Below, piece by piece: positions 9,328-18,276 of a stretch of DNA of 64,000 nt. The number at the start of each line of letters is the position of its first letter. Position 1 is the first letter of the stretch. Source of the DNA: Candidatus Aenigmatarchaeota archaeon (GTDB lineage Archaea > Aenigmatarchaeota > Aenigmatarchaeia > Aenigmatarchaeales > JACQIB01); contig JACQIB010000002.1 of NCBI GenBank assembly GCA_016198755.1, forward strand, positions 59,004 to 123,003, given 5' to 3'. The notes beneath the pieces were generated by a model that did not search any database, had not been told where the DNA came from, and worked only from the letters and a program-made list of their open reading frames with translations. The position numbers and the translations under genes are program-made.

Positions 9328-9936
9328 ATGGTAAAAAAACAGGAAAATTCATTTTCAAAAGATAAAATAATGAATATAGCGCTTCCAATATTGCTGTGGG
9401 GAGTTGTTACAGCAGCCTATGCTTTCAGAAGGCCTCTGGAAATGCTTCTCTTTTCAATTGATCCGTATGTCCTGCTTCTTGTTTGTATTCCAGTAGCACT
9501 TCTCTTGCTCAAAAAAGTCAGTTTTTCTGAAATCGGACTTAAACTTGGAAAACCAATATACGGTATTCCACTTGCCCTTTTCCTGCCTGCCATATTGTTC
9601 ATAAGATTCTTTTTTATGGGAAAATCTTTTGTTTTAACAGGTGATATTTTGCCGCTTATAATAAGTTCAGTAGCAGAAGAGGTTTTTTTCAGGGGTTATT
9701 TACAAAGCCAGTTTGATAAATCCTTTAATGGCAACATTGGACTAAGTTTTGTTCTGACAAACTTGCTATTTGCCTTTGTACATTTAATAAAGGGTTACAA
9801 TATTTTGGGAGTATTATCAGTAGGAGCAGTTGGGCTTTATTTTAGCTTTGTAAAAGACAAGAAAGGCGGGGATTCACTTGGATATTCAGCAGCAGCTCAT
9901 AGCCTCTATAACATAGTGAATATTTCGCTTAGGTAG
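9328..9936 (+). CDS. CPBP (CAAX/Abi family) intramembrane metalloprotease
   Basis: EEVFFRG, FAFVH, AHSLYN in a multi-TM protein. Confidence 0.9.
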   Translation: MVKKQENSFSKDKIMNIALPILLWGVVTAAYAFRRPLEMLLFSIDPYVLLLVCIPVALLLLKKVSFSEIGLKLGKPIYGIPLALFLPAILFIRFFFMGKSFVLTGDILPLIISSVAEEVFFRGYLQSQFDKSFNGNIGLSFVLTNLLFAFVHLIKGYNILGVLSVGAVGLYFSFVKDKKGGDSLGYSAAAHSLYNIVNISLR

Positions 9937-9998
9937 ATAACGATCAAAGTTTCATAAGGTTTTTAAGCTTTAGGTGGGTAAATTTTTACAGGAAAAGG

Positions 9999-10304
9999 GT
10001 GATAAAAATCAGCGGGAATCAATCGATATTGGGGCAGATTTTTGGCAAAAAATGGATAGTTACTATACTATGTTCTCTGAAAGCAGGGGAAAAAAGGTTC
10101 AACCAACTGTTTTCTGAAATAAACGGAGTCAGCACAAAAACTCTTTCAGAACGCTTATCAGAGCTTGTAAGAATGGGTATTGTTGAAAGGAAGAGTTTTA
10201 GGGAAACACCTCCGCATGTTGAGTATTCTTTAACAGAAAAAGGAAAGGAACTTGTAACCAGTTTTAGTATAATAGAAGATATTGTATCAAAATGGAATTC
10301 CTAG
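9999..10304 (+). CDS. HxlR-family winged-helix regulator
   Basis: KKW..IL..L..GEKRF.QL...GVSTKTLSERL..L...PPHVEYSLTEKG. Confidence 0.92.
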   Translation: MIKISGNQSILGQIFGKKWIVTILCSLKAGEKRFNQLFSEINGVSTKTLSERLSELVRMGIVERKSFRETPPHVEYSLTEKGKELVTSFSIIEDIVSKWNS

Positions 10305-10609
10305 AGCTCAACAAAAACCTGTTCCCCCTCAACCTTTACTTTATGCGTTGTCAATGAACGAGTAGCCGGCGGTGTTAAAACAGCTCCAGTTTCTATATCA
10401 AACTGCGCTCCATGCAAAGGGCACATTATACACTTCTCTTCCAAATATCCTTCTTCCAAAGGTCCGCCAGCATGTGTGCATATAGAATCGCAGGAAAAGA
10501 ATTTCCCGCCAGATTTTGCAATAAAAATTCTCTTTCCCTTCAGCGTAAACCCTTTTATTTCCCCTTCCTGGCAATCATTCTCTTTACAAACCTGAACGAA
10601 TTCTCCCAT
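10301..10609 (-). CDS. Rieske-type [2Fe-2S] ferredoxin
   Basis: CTHAGGPL and CPLHGAQFD ligand motifs. Confidence 0.93.
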   Translation of the reverse strand: MGEFVQVCKENDCQEGEIKGFTLKGKRIFIAKSGGKFFSCDSICTHAGGPLEEGYLEEKCIMCPLHGAQFDIETGAVLTPPATRSLTTHKVKVEGEQVFVEL

Positions 10610-10622
10610 TAAATCACAACAC

Positions 10623-10639
10623 GTATAACAGTGTTATAC
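10623..10639. promoter_or_regulatory. palindromic operator, copy 1 (Rieske ferredoxin promoter)
   Basis: GTATAACA-G-TGTTATAC perfect inverted repeat between a minus-strand TATA (TTTTATAA) and the ATG; identical arms at 49043-49059. Confidence 0.75.
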
Positions 10640-10659
10640 TTATAAAAAGCTTTCAGAAC

Positions 10660-10797
10660 TGGTGCCCCCAATGGGATTTGAACCCATGTCCGAAGCTTTC
10701 CTCTCACAGCTTTTGGCTCGATTCCTTCGCAGCGAGCGAAGGGCTTCTATCCTTTTCCGTGTGCGCTTGCGCGCTGACCGGACTAGACGATGGGGGC
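10660..10797 (-). tRNA. tRNA-Glu(TTC) with two introns (D-loop ~10753-10774; 37/38 at 10698-10736)
   Basis: GCCCCCA/TGGGGGC acceptor, GAAGC-CC-TTC-G|intron|A-GCTTC with BHB helix CCUU/GAGG, ATGGG-TTCAAAT-CCCAT, encoded CCA. Confidence 0.85.
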
Positions 10798-10873
10798 AGG
10801 AATTGTTTGCAAGCAGGTAATTTAAGCCTATCCCTGCGGAAACCTTAAAAACTTTAGATACTGTAACTTCGTT

Positions 10874-11461
10874 ATGTTGTTAAAGAAGAAAAAATGCACA
10901 GAGTGCCTCTCCACAATAGAAAATGACTGGGATTTTTGCCCGCGCTGCGGCGAACCTTTGAATGCAGAAAATTCGTTTGAAAATATCTTTGAGGATATGG
11001 AAAAGCTATTTACTTTTCCAGAAGTTAAGTTTTCCGACTACGGAGATTCAGGTGGTATTTCTATTTCCATTGTTTCAGGCACTGGACTTGAGCCAAAAGT
11101 AAGCATTAAAACTTCAGGAAAATTCAAAGAAATGGAACCTGAATTAAGGAAACAACTCGCTGGCTCTGTACCAACACTTAAATCAAAGGAAACAAAACGA
11201 AGAGCAGTAAAATTTGAAAAAACAGAAGAACCTAAAATGGAAGTTAAAAAAAGTAAAAACGAGCTTACTTACAGGATAAAACTCCCAGGAATAGTTTCCC
11301 TGCGTTCAGTTGATGTGAAAAAGCTGCCAAATTCAATTGAGATAAGGGCAGCTGCAGGCAACAAGCTCTACTTTAAGCTTTTCGAAGTTCCAGAAGGTTT
11401 TGAAATAATAGAAAAAAACTTCAAATATGGTATACTTTTCTTGTCGTTGAAGAGGCAATAG
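10874..11461 (+). CDS. zinc-ribbon + Hsp20/alpha-crystallin-like domain protein (paralog 1)
   Basis: CTEC..WDFCPRCG N-terminus; EEP..IKLPG..SIEIRA..KLYFK..GIL.L C-terminal beta sandwich. Confidence 0.75.
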   Translation: MLLKKKKCTECLSTIENDWDFCPRCGEPLNAENSFENIFEDMEKLFTFPEVKFSDYGDSGGISISIVSGTGLEPKVSIKTSGKFKEMEPELRKQLAGSVPTLKSKETKRRAVKFEKTEEPKMEVKKSKNELTYRIKLPGIVSLRSVDVKKLPNSIEIRAAAGNKLYFKLFEVPEGFEIIEKNFKYGILFLSLKRQ

Positions 11462-11497
11462 AGGCAATTTTATAAACAGGCCAAATACAATAAATCC

Positions 11498-12784
11498 ATG
11501 AAATATGTGGTTTTTGCCCTTGCTATAGTTGTTCTGGCAGCAGGCTGCACAGGTCAGGCTTTTCCAAATTTTGGGAACTTCACATCAAATGATGCTAAAA
11601 ACCTTCAAGAAATACAAAAATTCATGGCAGATCATCCAAATGCAGAAATTAAAACATCTGTATACGACAGCGATAGCATAAAGGCAGTTCTTCCAGAATT
11701 CAAGGATGACTGCCCAACTCTTGGAAAAGAAGATAAAACCTATTCAAAAATAACAGCCCGTGATCCTGATACCAATCGTGGAATGATTGTCTGGGTGGAT
11801 GATATGAATAAAGTTATCTGTTCTGTCAGCAAACCTATTATTATAGTCCAAACTACCACAACAGCCCCAATTAAAAAGTCAGACGGGAGCGCGTGTGAAA
11901 TCCATGATGAGTGTGTAAGCGGATTATGCTTAAACAAAGTTTGTTCCACTCCAGGTTCTGTATTACAGACTACAACATCCATAGCATCTACAACTACAAC
12001 AACAGTTCCACCTACAACAACAACTTCAAATGATACAAACGCAGCCGTAACTTCCAGCACAACAACTACACTCGGGCCGATGCCTGATTTATTTGTTTCT
12101 GATATAACCATAACAAAGCCAGTTTACTATCTAGACACTTGGAATTCAAATCAATTTTCCCATAATATTTCATTCCGCGTAACAAACATTGGATCTGCAC
12201 AATCAAACGCAACTTTAGCCCGAATAAAAATTTTAAATGAAAGTGCCGGAAATGTAACTATAACTACAAATTTGAGTTCTGTGAAATCCCTAGCTCCCGG
12301 AGAATCCGTTCTTGTGGATTTCAATGGTCCATACAAGTTAACGCGATCAACAAGAGCACAAGCTATGTATTATCTCTCAGCTGCAGTAGATTTATCTGAC
12401 CAGTTTTCATTTTACAACAATACTGAATCAAGCGAGACTAATAATGAAAAAACAGTCTCATTTCCAGTTCCATATATTTTCCCAACACAGGCAAATTTTG
12501 TGATTAATTACATATCTATTTTATATGGAAATGTAACTTATCAGGTGAAAAATATAGGCAGTGAAACATCTGGTGCCTTTTCCATTAGCATCAATATGTA
12601 TAACAGCCTCAATCAATCTGCAGGAGGATGCGGTGGTAGTGGTCCTGCTCTAGCTCCTGGCATGAAAACAAATCTAACTTGGTGCTGGGTTTCTGGGGCT
12701 GCAAAAGCCAATGCTACAGTAGATGCTTACAACATGACAATTGAAACAAATGAAAACGACAATGTTAATTCAACATTCGCATAA
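11498..12784 (+). CDS. surface lipoprotein with Cys-rich module, Thr-rich linker and two CARDB-like domains
   Basis: lipobox LAAGC; CEIHDECVSGLCLNKVC; PDL.V..V.N.G..ES.E.NN motifs. Confidence 0.8.
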   Translation: MKYVVFALAIVVLAAGCTGQAFPNFGNFTSNDAKNLQEIQKFMADHPNAEIKTSVYDSDSIKAVLPEFKDDCPTLGKEDKTYSKITARDPDTNRGMIVWVDDMNKVICSVSKPIIIVQTTTTAPIKKSDGSACEIHDECVSGLCLNKVCSTPGSVLQTTTSIASTTTTTVPPTTTTSNDTNAAVTSSTTTTLGPMPDLFVSDITITKPVYYLDTWNSNQFSHNISFRVTNIGSAQSNATLARIKILNESAGNVTITTNLSSVKSLAPGESVLVDFNGPYKLTRSTRAQAMYYLSAAVDLSDQFSFYNNTESSETNNEKTVSFPVPYIFPTQANFVINYISILYGNVTYQVKNIGSETSGAFSISINMYNSLNQSAGGCGGSGPALAPGMKTNLTWCWVSGAAKANATVDAYNMTIETNENDNVNSTFA

Positions 12785-12864
12785 AATTTAAGCACTTATT
12801 TTTTTGTGACAATATATACCCCCCATCCTCGGGTTTTAAATATTGGAAACTCAAATTCTTATCA

Positions 12865-13365
12865 ATGTTCTGGAAAAAGGAAAAGTGCAAAGCCTGTTCT
12901 TCCGATGTTAAAGAGAACTGGAACTACTGCCCAACATGCGGACAGGCTACAAAGGAAAGAAATGTTGTAGGCAATGGTAACAGTGTTTCCCTATCCGGAC
13001 CATTTGGGGTTAAAATCAGCTTCCGCTCTGTTGGCGAGGATAATACTTCAGGCGTGGGTTTAGCAGAGTTAAAGGTACGCGAACAGTTAGTTGAACAGGC
13101 AAAGTTGCATGGTTTGGTTGAAAGTCCAAAAGTAACAGAAGAACCCTCTGCTGAAATAAAGAAAGATTCTCTTGGTATAGTTTTCAAAATCAGCCTCCCA
13201 GGTGTGCAGGAAAATTCAATCGAACTCCGCAGGCTCCCAAACAGCCTTGAGCTCAAAGCAATAGCAGGAAACAAGCTCTATTTCAAAGTTTTCGAGGTTC
13301 CGCAGAATTTGGTTGTTGTAGAAAGAAAGTTCGAGCCGCCGCTTTTGATTGTTAGAATGGGATAA
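12865..13365 (+). CDS. zinc-ribbon + Hsp20-like domain protein (paralog 2)
   Basis: CKAC..WNYCPTCG; TEEP..ISLPGV..LPNSLELKAIAGNKLYFKVFEVP, nearly identical to paralog 1. Confidence 0.75.
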   Translation: MFWKKEKCKACSSDVKENWNYCPTCGQATKERNVVGNGNSVSLSGPFGVKISFRSVGEDNTSGVGLAELKVREQLVEQAKLHGLVESPKVTEEPSAEIKKDSLGIVFKISLPGVQENSIELRRLPNSLELKAIAGNKLYFKVFEVPQNLVVVERKFEPPLLIVRMG

Positions 13366-13374
13366 TAACTGAAA

Positions 13375-13668
13375 CTAAATTTTTCCACCATGAACAGCTA
13401 GACTTATCAAGTAATATATAACAATCATTGTTATTAATAATATAATAGATACTATAAGCCATCCATAATAGTATGTGCGCCTGCGGAAGCCAGTTCCAAG
13501 GAATTCTGGTTCTTCTTTCTTGTGTACAAAATATCCAATTATTTGAATTAACCAATATAGCAGACCCAATACACCAAGATAACCTAAGTAGTAGACGATT
13601 CTGCGCCAGCCCACTTTAAACCATTCCTTCTGTATCTTTTGGATTCTTCTCTTCCTTTGTTTTGGCAT
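13375..13668 (-). CDS. small basic two-TM membrane protein
   Basis: basic N-terminus, two hydrophobic segments. Confidence 0.55.
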   Translation of the reverse strand: MPKQRKRRIQKIQKEWFKVGWRRIVYYLGYLGVLGLLYWLIQIIGYFVHKKEEPEFLGTGFRRRTYYYGWLIVSIILLITMIVIYYLISLAVHGGKI

Positions 13669-13725
13669 AAATCATATTGTAGTTTTTTTTATATATATGG
13701 AAATTTTTTTGAATTGAAAACTTAG

Positions 13726-13814
13726 TGGTGGGCCCACCAGGAATTGAACCTGGCCCTTTACCGATTTCAGCAAATGCATGTGAGGGTAATGTCCTACCGA
13801 TAGACCATGGGCCC
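13726..13814 (-). tRNA. tRNA-Val(CAC) with 15-nt intron at 37/38 (13764-13778)
   Basis: GGGCCCA acceptor, TTACC-CT-CAC-A|TGCATTTGCTGAAAT|C-GGTAA, CCAGG-TTCAATT-CCTGG, encoded CCA. Confidence 0.92.
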
Positions 13815-13833
13815 GAATTCTAATTTGAATAAT

Positions 13834-14529
13834 TCACTTAAATAGGTAGCCAGTTTCTTCTCCCCAGAACAAGAGGTCTAAATGGCTCATTGGAATTCCA
13901 GAAAGTTCTGAAAAATCTTTCATTTTTTCTTCTATTTCCAAGTAAAGCTTTGGAGTCAGTGATTTAGGCTCCTCATCTATAACTCCGCACTTTACCAAGT
14001 TTTTTAGTATATGCCTGTCCAAAATAGCAATATTCTCCCCGAATCCAATATTCCTCAGGAAATGGTTTACCTCCTTCCATCCAATACCCTTCACATTTTC
14101 CACAATCCACTCCCTTGTTTTTAGTATGTTTTTGGGGTCTATATGCTTTTTTATGGAAATTTTTCCATTCTCTATAAAAAGTTTCCTTGCCTCCACAATA
14201 TACCTTGATTTATTTTCATTAAACCTGACTTCCCTTAAGTATGGAAGTATCTGTTGGGATGAACCAGTAAACAAAAGATTGTTTTCCAGCAGTTTCTTTA
14301 TTGCTGCATCGCATACAACAGCTTTTGACTGCGGTGTACACAGACAGAAACAAAGCTCAGCAAAAATCCTTTCTTCAGGCAGTTCCCAGACTTTCCTGTA
14401 TTCAGAAAGCCTTTTTAGAATAATTTTGTGCCTTTTCTCGTAAGACTCCAAAACCTTCTGGAAATCCAGCATTCTGTCTATCCCTTTGTCCATCGTTGGG
14501 TTTAGGAATTCGTTTAAGTTTTCCGGCAT
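13834..14529 (-). CDS. ogg: 8-oxoguanine DNA glycosylase/AP lyase (archaeal Ogg2 type)
   Basis: ELCFCLCTPQS, VRF..NK..YI, KGIGWKEVNHFLRNIG, AILDRHIL; start may lie further downstream. Confidence 0.9.
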   Translation of the reverse strand: MPENLNEFLNPTMDKGIDRMLDFQKVLESYEKRHKIILKRLSEYRKVWELPEERIFAELCFCLCTPQSKAVVCDAAIKKLLENNLLFTGSSQQILPYLREVRFNENKSRYIVEARKLFIENGKISIKKHIDPKNILKTREWIVENVKGIGWKEVNHFLRNIGFGENIAILDRHILKNLVKCGVIDEEPKSLTPKLYLEIEEKMKDFSELSGIPMSHLDLLFWGEETGYLFK

Positions 14530-14553
14530 GAACTGAATTGGATAACAGAAGAT

Positions 14554-15111
14554 TTAAGCTTTCGCCAGTCTGATAAACTCCTCTATCTGCCTATAGAAGG
14601 GCTCAAGCTCTTCCTTGCACTGGGGCAGCGACAAGATTTCCCATTTCTCATCTGCCTTTTCTTCTACATAAACAATGGAATCATTAAAGCTCATTTTCCT
14701 GTTCCCCAGAGAATGTAAAAAGCTTAGAAAGCCCCTTGGAGAGAGGAACCTGTAGCAGTCTGCATTTGCACATATCTCAGACTCTATACATGAAAAGCTC
14801 TGTAAGTGGTGCTCCTTTATACATGCTAAAACTTTTCCAAGTTTTTCAGAATCCAGCAAACCATGAAGAAGCTTTTCTGCAGCAGCAACGCTAAGTTCAG
14901 CATGTTCCTCCTTCTTTCTAAGTGAGGTTGCTTCTCCAAGCTTGAAGTCCATTAGAATTGTCCCCAGTTCTACAACAAGCCTGTCAGCTCCCAGCTCTTC
15001 AGCCAACTCTATAGCCTTTGAAAGGGAAAGATCCAAGTGGAGCTGGGATGGTAATCCATGCTTTTTAATCTCAGCAATGGCTGCTGCTTTTGCTATTTCC
15101 ACCGGATCCAT
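14554..15111 (-). CDS. HD-like domain protein (divergent)
   Basis: H..L..A.ELA..GAD..LMD..H..CI.EHH..E.EICANAD pattern; HD appears as MD. Confidence 0.65.
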   Translation of the reverse strand: MDPVEIAKAAAIAEIKKHGLPSQLHLDLSLSKAIELAEELGADRLVVELGTILMDFKLGEATSLRKKEEHAELSVAAAEKLLHGLLDSEKLGKVLACIKEHHLQSFSCIESEICANADCYRFLSPRGFLSFLHSLGNRKMSFNDSIVYVEEKADEKWEILSLPQCKEELEPFYRQIEEFIRLAKA

Positions 15112-15122
15112 TTAATCACAAT

Positions 15123-15265
15123 TGGCGCTGGGGGAGGGATTTTCTCTGCTCTACCTGAGGGGGTAGGGCTGTAGGGGGAAACTTCCCCCTGAGCTTCGAA
15201 CCCTCGCTGGCATTGCTGCCAACCAACTTAGCAGGCTGGCGCCGTAACCGCTTGGCTACCCCAGC
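15123..15265 (-). tRNA. tRNA-Ser(GCT) with 55-nt T-loop intron at 59/60 (15140-15194)
   Basis: GCTGGGG acceptor, CCAGC-CT-GCT-AA-GTTGG, long variable arm, GAGGG-TTCGAA|intron|T-CCCTC, discriminator G, encoded CCA. Confidence 0.9.
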
Positions 15266-15359
15266 ACTATCTATTAGTTGTGAGTAAGTTTTAAAACCCA
15301 CTATCAGCTTTATATTCTTTACATCCCCTTATACTGGTAAGAAAATGAGGGTGATTTGC

Positions 15360-15674
15360 ATGGGAATAACAGTAAAAAACGTTTCAGAAATGTTTGGAAA
15401 AGATGTATTTACAAACAGGGGAGTTTACTGCGGAAGGGTTTCTGATATAAAGGTAAACATGCAGAAGTTCAGGATAAATTCTATTGTTTTGGATGTTGTT
15501 AAGGGAAGCTTCCTATCCGGGGTTATTGGAAATAAGAGAGGAATTATAGTTCCATACCAGTATGTTGATTCTGTTGGAGATGTAATTATAATCAAGCACA
15601 TACAGACTCCACAAGTTCCAGATGAAAGAGCAGTTGGAACAGAGCCAGAAGAGATAACACCAGTGCCATTCTAA
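15360..15674 (+). CDS. PRC-barrel protein (CdpB-like cell-division accessory candidate)
   Basis: GKDVFT..G...G.V.DI..IIVPY..V.SVGDVIII; SD GAGGTGA. Confidence 0.85.
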   Translation: MGITVKNVSEMFGKDVFTNRGVYCGRVSDIKVNMQKFRINSIVLDVVKGSFLSGVIGNKRGIIVPYQYVDSVGDVIIIKHIQTPQVPDERAVGTEPEEITPVPF

Positions 15675-15680
15675 ACAGGC

Positions 15681-16367
15681 TTATTTTTTGGCAAATTTCT
15701 TTATAGCCAAAGCTGCCTCTACAGCAACTCCCCATGCAGTATATCCTTTAAGTCCAATCACTTTAGCTCCAAATCCCCTAACAGCATCTTCCATTGCTGT
15801 CCTGTCTTTTGGTTCTTCCTTAAACTCAAACTGCATTTTTTCCCCATGCTCACCGAAAACAAAAGACTTAATTTTATCAGGATTCTTTTTCAGTTCCTTT
15901 CCAAGCAGGTAACGTAGTCTTGCTGTATCTGTTTCAGTGCCTAAAACAAAAACCCTTTCTTTTGGAAAGCCTGAAGCTTTCCTGAACACTTCTGCAATCT
16001 TGCTGCTCGGGTTTGTTGCAACAAAAACATAAGCTTTAGGAGAAATATCCGGAACAACCTTTGCAATACCCTCTATAATTGATTTGTTCTTCTCAAACAG
16101 CTGTTCCCTTGTCATTGTTGAAGAGCGGGCTAACCCAGCTGTAACAACAATAAAATCACTACTTTCTATAATTTCAAGTTTATCTGAGCCTGAAATAACT
16201 GTACTCGGAGAAACCTGTACAGCAGCTCCAGCCAAATCCAAAGCCTCACCTTCAGCAACTCCAGGCACAATATCCTGCAAAACAAGCTCTTCCGGCTTTA
16301 CAATATTCAGCACAGCAAATCCAACAGCAGCTCCAACCCTCCCAGAACCAACTATACTTATCTTCAT
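15681..16367 (-). CDS. mdh: LDH-like malate dehydrogenase, C-terminally shortened
   Basis: GSGRVG, GEALDL, VVTAGLAR...MTR, DTARLR, GEHG; only 228 aa. Confidence 0.8.
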   Translation of the reverse strand: MKISIVGSGRVGAAVGFAVLNIVKPEELVLQDIVPGVAEGEALDLAGAAVQVSPSTVISGSDKLEIIESSDFIVVTAGLARSSTMTREQLFEKNKSIIEGIAKVVPDISPKAYVFVATNPSSKIAEVFRKASGFPKERVFVLGTETDTARLRYLLGKELKKNPDKIKSFVFGEHGEKMQFEFKEEPKDRTAMEDAVRGFGAKVIGLKGYTAWGVAVEAALAIKKFAKK

Positions 16368-17110
16368 TTTCTCACCTTTACTATTTCAGCTATTGCCCCA
16401 TAAACAGCTTTTCCAGCAATACTTGAATAGAGTTCATCCAATCCCGCGACTCCAATCGGAGTAAACTCAACAAAATCAATTGCACAAAGCTTTCCTGCCA
16501 GTGATTTTACAATTGAAATAAGCTCATTAAATCCCAGCCCTTCAGGCTCAGGATTTCCAACAGCAGGAAGCACAGAAGGATCAAGGCAATCAAAATCAAT
16601 GCTCAAGTAAATAGGGCCAGGCAGATTTTTAACTGCAGAGGCAGAAAGTATTTTTATTTTATTATTTTTAATAAAATTCCCCTCTTTTTTCGAAATAGTT
16701 CTTACCCCATGCAGAAAACAGTTCTTTGCCCCAAGAAATTCTGTCACCTTTCTAAAAACAGCATTATGTCCTTCTCCATCCTCACAGTCAGGATGCGCAT
16801 CCAGACTAAGGAATGTTCTGGGTTTTACAGCTTTAACACAGGGAAATGTTATTGAATGTTCCCCACCCAAAATTATTGGAAATTTCTTTGTTTCTGAGAG
16901 TTTATTTTGCACAATAGCTGAAAGTTCTATGCTATCCTTAGGATAGAAAACACCGAGATCATGAAAAAAAGCCTTTTCGTTCAGATCAACACCGGAAATA
17001 TTTGTTTCCAGTTTTCCAAAAGCAGTTTTAATCATTTCAGGTCCTAAAATACTACCTCTTCTAAATGTCTGAGTTTTATCATAACCAAGCCCTAATAATG
17101 AAAAATCCAT
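16364..17110 (-). CDS. speB: agmatinase/arginase-family ureohydrolase
   Basis: GGEHSIT, DAHPD, SIDFDCLDP..P.VGNPEP.G, DFVEF. Confidence 0.85.
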   Translation of the reverse strand: MDFSLLGLGYDKTQTFRRGSILGPEMIKTAFGKLETNISGVDLNEKAFFHDLGVFYPKDSIELSAIVQNKLSETKKFPIILGGEHSITFPCVKAVKPRTFLSLDAHPDCEDGEGHNAVFRKVTEFLGAKNCFLHGVRTISKKEGNFIKNNKIKILSASAVKNLPGPIYLSIDFDCLDPSVLPAVGNPEPEGLGFNELISIVKSLAGKLCAIDFVEFTPIGVAGLDELYSSIAGKAVYGAIAEIVKVRK

Positions 17111-17159
17111 TGTATCACAAGCGTTTTAAATATAGGCTGCAGTATTTAATAGGTTTGTT

Positions 17160-17954
17160 ATGGCAATAATGAAAAGGTTGTTTGGTATAAAGAAATCTAA
17201 AATAGCTAGTAAACCTACTCCGAAGCCAAAATCTAAACCAAAGGCTAAAATAACGCACAAAACAGCCCCAAAAGCCAAAATAGTACATAAAAAGCCTTCT
17301 ATACCCAGTGTAAAAGTTGAAGTAAAGCAAGCAGCTCCTATATTAGAAGGTATTCCAGATGACAAGGCATTTGAAATGCTAAAAACATCCCATGTGCCAG
17401 TTGTTCCTTTCTTTTCAATTAAAAAAGAGTCTGATATAAAGGAAGCTTTGAAAAAGGTTGGAACTCCAGCCATACTAAAGGTTTATGGTGCGAAAATAGC
17501 CAACAGGACAGAAGTTGGAGGAGTTGTTTCCGTTTCATCCGAAGCTGAGGCAACAGAAGCTTTTAAAAAACTAATGAAAATAAAGGGTGCAGAAAAAGTT
17601 ATTGCACAGAAAGTTCTTACAGGAATAGAAATGATTCTCGGCACAAAATCTGACCAGCAGTTTGGAACAATTGTTTCAGTTGGGTTGGGTGGTGCCTATA
17701 AGGAAATAATAAAGGATGTTGCATTCCGCGTTGTACCTTTTTCAGATTCTGATGCAGAAGCAATGCTAAAAGAATTAAAAGGTTTTGAAGTTATTGCTAG
17801 TGCAGGCAACAAGATCAATGTTCAAAGCTTAAAGGACAATTTAGTTAAGCTCGGAAAGTTTGCAGTGGAAAACAAGCAGATAAAAAGCTCTACAATATTG
17901 TTTTTCTGCAATTCTGATGGGTGCTGGGCTTCTGACGTAGTACTTTCAAAATAA
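17160..17954 (+). CDS. ADP-forming acyl-CoA synthetase beta subunit homolog (degenerate) with Lys/Pro-rich N-terminal extension
   Basis: ATP-grasp pattern P..LKV..TEVGGV, EMILG..D.QFG..GLGG..E..KDV.FR; HK replaced by NR; no DxNP motif. Confidence 0.85.
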   Translation: MAIMKRLFGIKKSKIASKPTPKPKSKPKAKITHKTAPKAKIVHKKPSIPSVKVEVKQAAPILEGIPDDKAFEMLKTSHVPVVPFFSIKKESDIKEALKKVGTPAILKVYGAKIANRTEVGGVVSVSSEAEATEAFKKLMKIKGAEKVIAQKVLTGIEMILGTKSDQQFGTIVSVGLGGAYKEIIKDVAFRVVPFSDSDAEAMLKELKGFEVIASAGNKINVQSLKDNLVKLGKFAVENKQIKSSTILFFCNSDGCWASDVVLSK

Positions 17955-17956
17955 AT

Positions 17957-18193
17957 TTACTGGAAATCCCAGAACTTTTTTTCAAATCCATCAGGCACTA
18001 TACCCAATTCTTCAGAATCTTCCTGCATTTCCCCCTCGCAATTTTGGCAGATTTCATCTGTAACAAGATTTATCCTGAATTTTCCCATATAGGATGCAAA
18101 AACAATTGTTGTTTCTTTCAAAAGAAGCGGATTGTAGAATTGTTGCAGCGGAAAAAGTTCTTTTTGCATAAAGGTATTGTGCTGAAAAAGCAT
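17957..18193 (-). CDS. hypothetical small protein
   Basis: fills the gap between genes; CQNC and acidic tail. Confidence 0.4.
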   Translation of the reverse strand: MLFQHNTFMQKELFPLQQFYNPLLLKETTIVFASYMGKFRINLVTDEICQNCEGEMQEDSEELGIVPDGFEKKFWDFQ

Positions 18194-18276
18194 TTATAAC
18201 AGCAAAAACAGGATAAAGTAATTTCTGTGCAGTAGGAAATCGCGCATTTTTATTCTACCGCACCGAAAAGCTTCAC

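Noticed and set aside
15116-15301. 61-aa ORF in the track
   Set aside because: It lies on top of the intron-containing tRNA-Ser(GCT) gene.
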